From: Mobula hypostoma | Taxonomy: Eukaryota | Length of the DNA stretch: 64,000 nt | Reading direction: 5' to 3' | Assembly (NCBI RefSeq): GCF_963921235.1 | Contig: NC_086109.1 | Coordinates: 11,470,001 to 11,534,000, forward strand | Shown here: piece by piece, positions 37,101 through 49,100 of the stretch | Layout of the letters: each line of letters begins with the position of its first letter | Numbering within the stretch: position 1 is the first letter of the stretch | Made by a program: the position numbers and the translations under genes | The notes under the pieces: generated by a model | Databases searched by the model: none | What the model was told of the DNA's origin: nothing | The model's input: the letters and a program-made list of their open reading frames with translations, nothing else

Positions 37101-40100
37101 GGAGACGAGGCAAATGGTCTGAATTTGTTAAAGGCGTCTCAGAGAGGAGAGGAATTTTTAAGCCGTCATCTTTCTACTTAACTGAACTGAACTTCTCAGT
37201 CTTGTCTCCTACCTGAGTATAATGATGGCAGTAATGAGCAGCAGGAAGAGAGCTGACAAGGCAACTGCAAGCAGAACATGCCATTGGGATGGTCTTGGCT
37301 TCCTGCAGAATATGACAAAGACATTGACAGATCTAGTCTAACGGGCATGTTCAAACTTTCTCCTTCTCCAGTATTGCCCTCTATTTTTTTTTGATCTGTT
37401 AAGTAGAAATATGATGTAGATTTGAACACATGTGCCTCTCACTCAATATCAGCAAGATCAAAGATATTATTATTGACCAGTAGAGGAAAACTGGAAGTCC
37501 ATGAACTAGTCCTCGTCAAGGGTGTTACAGATTTCTTGTTACAATTTCAAAGGATCTGTGCCATTGCAAAGAAAGTGTGGCAGCGCCTTTACTTTCTTAG
37601 ATGTTTGTGAAGGTTTGCATGTCATCTAAAACTTTACAAGGACGATTCTGGGAATGGAAGTGTTATCATACAAGGAATGTTTGATAGCTTTGGGTCTGTA
37701 GTAGCTGGAATTTAGAAGGATTTGGGGGATCTTATTGAAACCTTTTGTATGTTGAAAGGCCTAGACAGAGTAGATGCGGAAAGGATGTTTCCCATAGTGG
37801 GGAAGTCTCGGACAAGAGGGGAATCAATTTAAAACAGAGGCTGCATGTGACAGGTGAGACCAGGTGATCACCTTTTACCTCTTCCTCTTAGCACTTCCCA
37901 GACTGTAACTTAATTCCCCCTGTCTCTCACCACATCTGATTTCTCCTTCCCATTTCCCCCACCTTCTTATCCTGGCTTCTTCCTCTTTCCTTTCCAAACC
38001 TGAGGATGGTTCTTGATCAATAAAGTCAACTGTATATCCCCCCATCCTCCAAAGATTCTGTCTGGCCTGCTGTGTTCCTGCAGCATTTTGTGTGTGTTGC
38101 TGCAAATAATCCTGTTTGTACTTGAGGAAACACAAAGGAATTAGACAATCCAACTATAAATTTGTTCCTGCTACGATCCCTTGTCAATTACATAATTCTA
38201 CCAAAGGAAAAGGATTGTTTCTGTTAAGAGCTCGGTATAAATGGAGTCAAGTAATCCTGGATTCACGCCATTAGGGTTCAGAAAATGCTCTCTGATCAAT
38301 AGTTTTATCACCAACTAGCAATGACATAACTGTATTACTAGGTCGAGGTATCTTCTAAGCTGATGGCATTAAAATCAATTTCTCCAACTTCATGTTGGAC
38401 ACTTACATGACATGAAATTTGTTGTTTTGTGGCAGGAGTGCAGTGAAAAGACATAAAATTACTCTAAATTACAAAAATTAATAAATAACATGATCGCAGC
38501 AAAGCCAAATTCTAGCAAATTCTCCCCCCCTTTACCCGTTCTTGATTTTTCCACTCTAGTTTCTAATATTTTTTCCTCACCTGCCTATCACCTTACACTA
38601 CGTGTCCTCCTCCCACACTTTCTTCCATGATCCACACTCCTATTTGATCAGGTTCCTTCTTCTCCAGCCCTTTCCCTTTTCTAATTATCACCTCCCAGCT
38701 TCTTACTTCATCCCACACTTCCCTCCAACAACCTGGCATCACCTATCGCATTCTAGCTTGTCCCTGCTCCACTTCACCACTTCCTTATTCTCACATCTTC
38801 CCCCTTCCTTTCCAGTCCTGATGAAGAGTCTTGGCTCAAAAGGTTGACCCTTTATTTATTTCCTTAGATTCTGCCTGACCAGCTTCTTCCTCCAGCATTT
38901 TGTGTGTGTTTCACTGTATTACTGGTAAAATTGCATTTCACCATCTTTGCCATTCACCATGAGTACTTTTCAGAATACTGCATCTCTGAGGTAAATGTGA
39001 GCTGTCCCGTGAGCGACCGGTGAAGTGTTGGAAACTGATTTTGGCTAATTATTTAGATGGGCATGTACAAAGCCTAGTACATATGTTTACAGATGACATT
39101 ACAACAGGTAATATCATAGATAGTGAAGATGGTTATCAAGAACAACAATTATTGGCTAGACTAGTGGGAATGGCAAATGTAGTTTAGTACAGATAAGCTG
39201 TGGCATTTCGGGAACACAAATGAAGGCAGGACACTCATAGTGAAAGATGGGGCTCTGGGGAATGTTGTAGCTGAGAGGGTCATAGGAGTATAAGTAGATG
39301 ATTCATTGAAAGCGTTGTCACGTGTTGGTGTGGTGTTGGAGAAGCGGTCTGGCATGATGTCCTTCATCAGTCATGGCATTAATATAAGTTTCTGAATGTT
39401 ATATTGCATTAAACAAGATTTTAGTAACGGAGTTTTCTGTACAGCTTTAGTCACCATGCTGCAGGAAAGATGCCTCTAAGCGGAAAATAGTAGAGGACAG
39501 ATAAGATTTACAAGCATGTTGCTTGGACTTGGGTAACTGAGCTACAGAGATATTTGTCAGGCTAGGATTTACTACCTTGGAGCATAGGAGAATGAAGGGT
39601 GACCTTATGGAGGTGTATAAAATCATGAGGGATATCAACAAGGTAAATGCACACAGTTTTTTTCCTGCCAGAGTTGGGGAATAGAGGGCACAGGAAAGAG
39701 TTGAGTGATTACACAGGAAGATTTTTGTTGAGGTGAGTTAAGATTCTACTTTTTCGCTCAAAGTGTGGTCAATGTATGGAAGAGCTGTCAGAGGAAGCGG
39801 TTGTTGAAAATGTAATTCAAGTAGTTATTGAGTACTTTGGTTGAATGTTTACCATGGAAAAGGATATTGAAGACCAGGGAATCAGTGCTGAGTGTATAAA
39901 TATGCTAGGTATTTAGATGTCAAGGAGGAAGAAGTGTCGGGCCTCCTACTGAGTATTAAGGTGGAAGTTCCCAAGGCCTGATGAGATTTACCCCAGGTTA
40001 TTGAGGGAGGCAAGAGAGGAATTGCAGGGTCTTTGATCAGTAGCTTTCAGAATCAGAATGATGATCACCGCATGTGTCATGACATTTGTTAACTTAGCAG

Positions 40101-43100
40101 CAGCAGTTCAACGCAATACATAATATAGAAGAAAAAAATAAAAATAAATAAGTAAATCACTGATACCTGTAGTATACATATAATGAATAGATTAAAAATT
40201 GTGCAAAAACAGAAATAAAATATATTGAAAATGTGAGGTACTGTTCATGGGTTCAATGTCCATTTAGGAATTGGATGGCAGAGGGAAGAAGCTGTTCCTG
40301 AATCACTGAGTGTGTGCCTTCAGGCTTCTGTACCTCCTACCTGATGATAGTGAGAAAGTGGCATGCCCTGGGTGCTGGGAGTCCTTCATAATAGACACTG
40401 CCTTTCTGAGACACCGCTCCTTGAAGATGTCCTGGTGCAGTATCTTCTCTAGCCGCAGCGACATCCCAGAAAACTGGCATGTGGCTAATGTTGTACCTCT
40501 GTTTAAGAAAGGAACAAGGGAAAAATCCTGGGAATTATACTCTGGTGATTCTCATATCAGTTGTGGGAAAATTGCTGGATAAAATTCTCAGGGATAGGAT
40601 TGTAACCCTCTCACCGAGCTCATAAACAAACTTGGCTCGTCGGCTAACTCTGCTCACAGCCATGTGACTCAGTGGTGAGCAGGCCACCTTCCAGAAGAAA
40701 CACACATTGAGGTCGGTATGATTTGGTTCAACCAAACAGGAAAGTTGGAATGTTTCAGGGAAGAACGTGAATTGTAGTGAACGCTGTATAAATACTGCCC
40801 CATGCAAAGTTTTCATTCACTCCTAAAATAACGGATAGTACACTGGCATAAAGTTACAAAGAAAAATGTATTTATGAATATTTCAACCTTAATAAACAGT
40901 TAACAGGAAAAGAAAACAAAAATACAGTTAAACCAGCCAAAATGTGCACATCGACATCGGATTTCATTTCTGAAGTACTCGGGATGCTTCACTTTGATTA
41001 CTCACGGGCTGAGTCTACGTTGTGCGTGAAAGACACCAGCCACAGTTCGACCTTCCGTCAAAGACTATTTTGAATGAACTGGCTAACTCAGGAGTGCTGT
41101 CACTTCCTCCTCTGAACCATTCCTCTGCACAGAGCACTTCTTACAACGGGATCTCTCCTTCGAGCGACATTCTCCGGTCACCATTCCTCGTGCTCCGCTT
41201 TGCAGCTCATCCCAAAAAGACCCCAAATCAGACTAAAGTTCTGTAGAAATCTGATCCTGTCTAGCTCTCTCGAATCCTCCATAACATGCCACTTGTGCAA
41301 TGTATTGGTAATGTAAGGTCTGTTTGATGTAATAGTCTGGTACACTGAGATGTGCCAAATGAAAGTATATTGGGCAGCTGGGTTAGAGGTGGGTGACAAT
41401 GGAGACGAATGGCAGGAAAATGGGGAATGACAGATAGGTAACCTGCTCTTTATATACAAACAGACTTTAACCTAAAGCTGGAAAATCCAACATTGAGTTG
41501 TGCAGGATTGCAAAAAACATAGATGAAAGGTGATATTTTGTTTTCTTGAGGGTGAGGTGGACGTTGGTGGAGAGGGCCACAAATACCATCAGGTTTCTGT
41601 CCACTATCTTAGAGAAAGTCTAAAATCTCCCAGCTCCGGAGCTCCTGGGTGGGGGGACACGGCCACAGGGAGAGCTGGGGGGGGGGGTGTAGAGTCTGGG
41701 GGGGGTGCAATGTCCGGTGGGTGTGCAGTATTCGGAGGGGGGTGTGCAGTGCCCGGGGGGGGGGGTGCAGTGTCCGGGGGGGGTGCAGTGTCCAGAGGGG
41801 GGTGTGCAGTGTTCAGGGGGGGGTGCAGTGTCCGGGGGGGGTGCAGTGTCCGGGGGTGTGCAGTGTCCAGGGGGGTGCAGTGTCCGGAGGAGGGGTGCAG
41901 TGTCCGGAGGGGGGTGTGCAGTGCCCGGGGGGGGGGTGCAGTGTCCGGGGGGGTGCAGTGTCCGGGGGGGGGGTGCAGTGTCCGGAGGGGGGTGTGCAGT
42001 GTCCAGGGGGTGTGCAGTGTCCGGGGGGCTGCAGTGTCCGGAGGGGGGTGTGCAGTGTCCAGGGGGTGTGTAGTGTCCGGGGGGGGGTGCAGTGTCCGAA
42101 GGGGGGGTGCAGTGTCCGGAGGGGCGGTGCAGTGTCCAGAGGGGCGGTGCAGTGTCCAGAGGGGGGTGTGCAGTGCCCGGGGGGGGGGTGCAGTGTCCGG
42201 GGGTGTGCAGTGTCTAGGGGGGGGTGCAGTGTCCGGAGGGGCGGTGCAGTGTCCAGAGGGGAGTGTGCAGTGTCCGGAGGGGGGTGTGCAGTGTCCAGGG
42301 GGTGTGCAGTGTCCGGGGGGGTGCAGTGTCCGGAGGGGGGGTGCAGTGTCCAGAGGGGGGTGTGCAGTGCCCGGGGGGGGCAGTGTCTGGGGTGGGAATG
42401 CACCAAAATGGGGAAGATTCAAACAAGAGGGCATGGGTTGAGAATTAGAGGACAAAAGTTTAGGGGTAACATGAGGGGCAACTTCTTTACTCAGAGAGTT
42501 GGAGCCGTATGGAATGAGATTCCAGCAGAAGTGGTTGAGACAGGTTCTATGTTGTCCTTTAAAGTTAAATTGGTAGATATATGGACAGGAAAGGAATGGA
42601 GGGTTATGGGCTGAGTGCAGGTCGGTGGGAATAGGATAGGGTAAGAGTTCGGCACAGACTAGAAGGGCCGAGATGGCCTGTTTCCGTGCTGTAATTATAT
42701 GGTTATATGGTTATATGCCACTGGGCAGATAGTTACAACACATTACCAAGACAAATGTAACTGGCTGACACAACATTCGTAAGTTGGACAAAATGGCTCC
42801 TTAACTTTTGCTGAGGCCGAAACACTCTGACTAACAGGACACACTGCTTTTGCAGAAAATTGCTAAAATAAAAATACCTCAGAGCATAGCAGTAGAAATC
42901 TTAAACAGGGCATTACAGTCTCCTCCCTCCAAAAAAGGTCATGTCTTCATGACTTTGTAAGCCTTTGGAACTTATTAAACCATTATTAATAACACAGTAT
43001 TTAAATGAAGTTTGTGATTTTAGGATCCTCAATCCATTTGTAAATAGAGATAACGTATCTCACTATTAGAATTGACACCACACTCTGCTTCCCAGGTGCA

Positions 43101-46100
43101 TCATATGCCAGTCTATCTCGGGGTTTTCTGGCTCTCTGAGAACTCCTTATTTCAGCTTCAGCTTCTGCAGCTTCAGACACTCCTCGTTAATGAGGGGTTG
43201 CCCCCACCCCTCCCAGTCTGTCACTTGTATCTTCTAGAGACTCAGTTCCCCCTGCCCCCTGAATGAACTCAGCTGTCTTCAGTTTAAGCAGGCGCTACTG
43301 GGCATCTTCAACCACCACTGGTGCTAATCGGCAAGATCTCCCTTGGAAAAGGGTGTCCTCTGTCACTCTAGCTCCTCCTTCAGGACTTAACATGACATGC
43401 TTAGACTGGGTGTACCACACAGTTCCCTTTATATGCTGATAGTTCTGCTTCAAAGGAACTTGCACCTTCTCAAAAGCAGCCCTGAACACTGGGTGAATGG
43501 ACAGGCTTTTCAAAAAATGCTTTCCATTTCTCCCCTTGCATGCTCCCACGAGCCCTCTAAAAAATGGGAGTATTTGATCCCACAAGAATGGAAGTTTCAC
43601 CTTTTACAACTGGATCCCAGTAGACTAATACTAGCATATCAATAGTCTCAGTTACTCCAACATCAGCTTCTAAAAACTCCAGTTTCAATGACAAGTAACC
43701 ATTGCCAGTGTATACTAACAGTTTAGCAACTCTATTCCCGACTCCCCCATGGTCAATGCACCAATCAGAACTGTGCTGGAACTCTCTGACTAGCCTGTGT
43801 TGGAACAGCTACTGGAATCCTCCAGAGGCTCAATATCATCTGCTTGACTGGCCTCCCTCCACCACCCCAAACATTCCCTTTATTTTATTTTTTATATATT
43901 TTTCCTGCATTGTGAGCTCACTGTGTCTGAAGTGGGTACTTCCCTCGTCATGTACAACACAAACCTGTCCAGCCTTCCTCAACGTCTCATGCATTGAAGC
44001 GTTTCTCGGGGAGAAAATAGACAAAAATAAGTAGAAACAGATAATCCTACAGTAGGTCCACCACAAGTCACATTGGGTGGGACTACAGCTAGAGGTCATG
44101 GGTTTAATGTGAAAGGTGAAACGTTTAAGGAGATATACTGTCTTCATGTTGGTTCTTTTTCTGCAGCTTCCCCAGCGGTCATCTGGGTCAATAGCTGTGA
44201 AATCACTGGTCACTTATATTATGGAGCTAGAGCTGTCCTGGGGATACTGAGATCTATCACACTGGTTCCACAGTAAAATTAACTCAATGCTGACAAAATC
44301 CCATTCAGGTTGTAATTATCCCTTACAATATGGGACACTTGACATCTCTTGACGCTCTGAAATACATGGAAACATCCAGTTCTGGATCCTTAATCACCCC
44401 TGACATTAACTGTTATTCCTCTGGTGGATGTACCTTCTGTGGGTCAGATCCTGATCTGTTGGAATTCCTTCTCCACAGCTCTCTGGCCCTCTCTTTCATT
44501 CTCACTCTAAAGGCTTGTTAAATCCCACCAATTGTTGAGTTTTTGATCACATGTACCTTACGTCTCTACATGTGACTCAATGACAGATGTCAGACAATGC
44601 TGCTGCGCATGGCCTTTTGCCTTATCAATCAACTTGAAGCAGCTGTGGAAATGAAATTTGTTGTTGTTTTATTACAATGGATTGCTCAATAAACTTGATA
44701 AAATCCATCTGTTTTATTCACTCTGGAATATTTTAACTAACATAATTTGGAATAGTTGTGCTGGGTTTTAAGCAGTATTTCATACATTAAAAGCAAAATA
44801 TTGCATCATTTTGAGAGCAGCTTATGAGTCCAATCAAAACACACACAAAATGCTGGAGGAACTCAGCAGGTCAGGCAGTATCTATGGAGAGGAATACAGA
44901 CTCGACATGTCTGGCCGACACCCTTCATTGGTCTCAACCTGAAATATTGAATCTTTATTCCTTTCCGTAGATGTTGCCTGACCTACTGAGTTGCTCCAGC
45001 ATTTTCTGTGTGTTTCTCTGCATTTCCAGCACCTGAAGAATCTCGTGTTCAAGTCAAAATATTTTTTATTGCTTGGGTGAATTTTGAATCTTTAGAAGCA
45101 GCTGCAATTGTTGCACTGATTCACCTGTGAATTTACAACAGGCAGTAGATGCTGGAAGCTGGAGCAATAAGCTATTTACTGGAGGCACACAACAGGTTGA
45201 GCTGCATTTGTGGTGTGGAAAGATGCCGTCGACATTTCAGGTTGAGACCCTGCACAAGGACCGATCTGTCTGTGTTGTGGGTTCTGCTTCATATCAGCCT
45301 GTCTAGAAAAATAGAAAATCCAATGTTAGGAATTGAGAGGTGAGAAGAAGCAGCAAAGATGATGATATTCCTCTCCAGAAAACAGCAGTGATAATTTTTT
45401 TATGTGGGTGCAGGAATCGTTCAGTAGGGACTCTACCGTGGTGGGTGTTGGTGCTGTGAGTGTTGAATAGGGTCATATCATTCCGTATTTGCCTGGGGGA
45501 AACTGTCAATGTCCATGGCTGTAGTGTAATGGTATAGTGGGTGTTGTCTGAGCTGGAAGTAGGGTGGAGGGGTGGAGGATTGTGATTGATTGCTTCAGTA
45601 GTGGAAAGTGAGGTGCCACCAGGAATGAAAGATTACCTTTATTGGATGCATGTATATAAAAACATTAAAAAATTACAGCGAAATATGTGATTTGCAGCAA
45701 TGAACAAGACAGTCCAAGGATTGTGCTGCGGTCACCCCACAAGTGTCATCATGAGTCTGGAGCCAACATAGCATTCACACTCCTCATTAAAACTAACACG
45801 TGGGAGGAAGCAGTTATGTTTTGTAACTCTAAAGCATAAAAATATTTGAAAGGGAACACGGAGATTTTTGCTTTAAGGGAGGCTTTCAGTCATGACCTGG
45901 TGGACTGAAAATAATAACTTGGGATAAGGAGATGGCTGATGAACTAACTGAGTATTTTACATCAATCTTCACTGTGGAAGTCACTAGCAGTATGCCTGAT
46001 GTTGTAGTGTGTGAAGGAAGAGAAATGGGTGCAGTTCATATTACAAGAGAGGTGTTCAAAAAGCTGAAGGACCTAAAGCTACATAAGGCATAGAAAACGT

Positions 46101-49100
46101 AGAAACATCCAAAAACCTACAGCACAATAAAGGCCCTTCAGCCCACAATGCTGTGCCAAACATGTACTTACTTTAGAAATTACCTTGGGTTACCTATAGC
46201 CCTCTATTTTTCTAAGCTCCATGTACCTATCCAGGAGTCTGTTAATAGGTGCTATTGAAAGTCACCCAGACCAGATGAACTGTACCCTAGGGTTCTGAAA
46301 GAGGTAGGTTTAGAGATTGTGGTGGCATTAGAAATGATCTTCCAAAAATCACTGGACTCTGGCATGGTGTCACAGGACAGGGAAATTGCAAACATTACTC
46401 CTCCAGTCTTTAAGAAAGGAGGAAGGCATCTGAAAGGAAATTACAGACCAGTTAGCCTGACCTTAGTGGTTGGGAAGATGTTAGAGTCAATTGTTAAGGA
46501 TGAGGTGATGGAGTACTTGGTGACACAGGACAAGATAATACAAAGTCAGCATGACATTGAGAAATTATGGAAGGTTGATGATCTTCTTGCACTATTACAG
46601 ACTGCTAGGTATGATGTTCTGGCCATCACTGAATCTTGGCTGAAGGATGGTGGTAGTTGGGAGCTGAATGTCCAAGGTTACATGTTATGTTGGAGGGATA
46701 GGAAGATAGGCAGAGGGGGTTTTGTGGCTCTACTGGTACAGAATGGCATCAAATCAGTATAAAGATGTGTCATAGGATCGGAAGATATTGAATCCTTGTG
46801 GGTTGAGTTAAGAAACTGCAAGGCTAAAAGGACATTGATGGCAGTTGTATCCAGGCCTCCCAACAGTGGCTGGGAGGTGGACCACAGCTGACAACAGGAA
46901 ATAGAAAAGGTGAGTCACAAGGGTAATGATATGGTAGTCATGGGAAATTTTAACATGCAGGTTGAATGGGAAAATCAGGTCGGTAATGGATCTCAAGAGA
47001 GTGAGAGAATTGTGAAAGCAAGCTGGCAACTATTATCAAAGAAGATACTAAAAGCTTTTTTAATTATATAAAGGGTAAAAGAGAGTCGAGGGTAGATATG
47101 GGACCAATGCAAAATGGAGATATTGTAATGAGAATTGTAGAGATGGCAGAGGAACTGAATACGTACATATTAATAATAACTGAATACAATATAAATTAGT
47201 GACTTAGACGAGGGAATTAAATGCAGCATCTCCACGTTTGCAGATGACACGAAGCTGGGCGGCAGTGTTAGCTGTGAGGAGGATGCTAAGAGGATACAGG
47301 GTGACTTGGATAGGTGAGGTGAGTGGGCAAATTCATGGCAGATGCAATTTAATGTGGATAAATGTGAGGTTATCCACTTTGGTGGCAAAAACGGGAAAAC
47401 AGATTATTATCTGAATGGTGGCCGATTAGGAAGGGGGGGTGCAACGAGACCTGGGAGTCATTATACATCAGTCATTGAAAGTGGGCATGCAGAGACAGCA
47501 GGCGGTGAAAAGGGCGAATGGTATGTTGGCATTCATAGCAAGAGGATTGGAGTACAGGAGCAGGGAGGTACTACTGCAGTTGTACAAGGCCTTGGTGAGA
47601 TCACACCTGGAGTATTGTGTGCAGTTTTGGTCCCCTAATCTGAGGAAGGACATTATTACCATAGAGGGAGTACAAAAAAAAGGTTCACCAGATTGATTCC
47701 TGGGATGGCAGGACTTTCATATGATGAAAGACTGGATTGACTAGGCTTAAAACTCACTGGAATTTAGAAGATTGAGGGGGGAAGTTATTGAAACGTATAA
47801 AATTCTAAAGGGATTGGACAGGCTAGATGCAGGAAGATTGTTCCCGATGTTGGGGAAGTCCAGAACGAGGGGTCACAGTTTGAAGATAAAGGGGAAGCCT
47901 TTTAGGACCGAGATGAGGAAAAACTTCTTCACACAGAGAGTGGTGAATCTGTGGAATTCTCTGCCACAGGAAATAGTTGAGGCCAGTTCATTAGCTATAT
48001 TTAAGAGGGAGTTAGATATGGCCCTTGTGGCTAAAGGGATCAGGGGGTATGGAGAGAAGGCAGGTACAGGGTTCTGAGTTGGATGATCAGCCATGATCAT
48101 ACTGAATGGCGGTGCAGGCTCGAAGGGCTGAATGGCCTACTCCTGCACCTATTTTCTATGTTTCTATGTATTTTGTATCAGTCTTCACAGTGGAAGACGT
48201 CTGCAGTATACCAGACATTCAAGAGTGTCAGGGAAGTGAAGTTCGTGCAATGAAAATTACAATTGGGAAGGTGCTCAGGAAGCTAAATGGTCTGAGGGTG
48301 GATAAATCTCCTGGACCTGATGCAATGCACCCTCAGGTTCTGAAGGAAGTAGCTGGAGAGCTTGCAGAGGCATTAACGATGATCTTTCAAGGATTGATAG
48401 ATTCTGGCACTGTACCGGATAACTGGAAAATTGCAAATATTACTCCAGTATTAAAGAAGGGTGGGAGGCAGCAGAAAGGAAACTATAGACCTGTTAGCCT
48501 GACATCAGTGGTTGTGAAGTTGTTGGAATCAATTGTTAGGGATGAGATTACAGAGTACCTGGAGGAACAGGACAAGATGTGCCAAAGCCAGCATGGTTTC
48601 CTGAAAGGAAAATCCTGCTTGACAAACCTACTGCAATTCTTTGAGGAAATTACAGACAGGGTAGGCAATGAAGATATAGTAGACGTGGTGTACTTGGATT
48701 TTCAAAAGGCCTTTGGCAAGGTGCCGCACATGAGGCTGTTTAGCAAGATAAGAGCCCATGGAATTACAGGGGAGTTACTAGCATGGGTGGAGCATTGGCT
48801 GGTCGGCAGAAAAGAGGAAGTGGGAATAAAGGGATCCTATTCTGGCTGGCTGCTGGTTATCAGTGGAGTTCCACGGGGTCGTTTTTGGGACCGCTGCTTT
48901 TTACGATGTATGTCAATGATTTGGACTATGGGATTAATGGATTTGTGCCTAAATTTGCCGATGATACAAAGATAGGTGGAGGAGCGGGTAGTGTTGGGGA
49001 AACAGAGAGACTTAGATAGTTTAGGGGAATGGGCAAAGAAGTGGCAAATGAAATACAATGTTGGAAAGTGTATGGTCATGCTCTTTGGTGGAAGAAATAA

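Larger units (their letters stand above)
40601..43700 (-). mobile_element. Second Gypsy copy of the same family: internal fragment, PPT and interrupted 3' LTR
   Basis: ORF 43295..43600 homologous to 29202..29537 (HPVFRAAFEKVQ); PPT about 42919-42930; LTR begins TGTAA at 42918 and ends TTACA at 40601, split by an insertion at 41294-42714. Confidence 0.8.

Noticed and set aside
38210-38370. Candidate extra stalk or terminal exon upstream of the gene B TM exon
   Set aside because: The phase-2 frame from the best acceptor stops after six codons; no good donor or poly(A) context.
41530-42614. Long ORFs of 197-321 aa (Gly/Cys/Val-rich or Pro/His/Thr-rich) on both strands
   Set aside because: They are translations of the stop-free G-rich minisatellite plus a CR1 3' end, not a keratin-associated or mucin-like gene.
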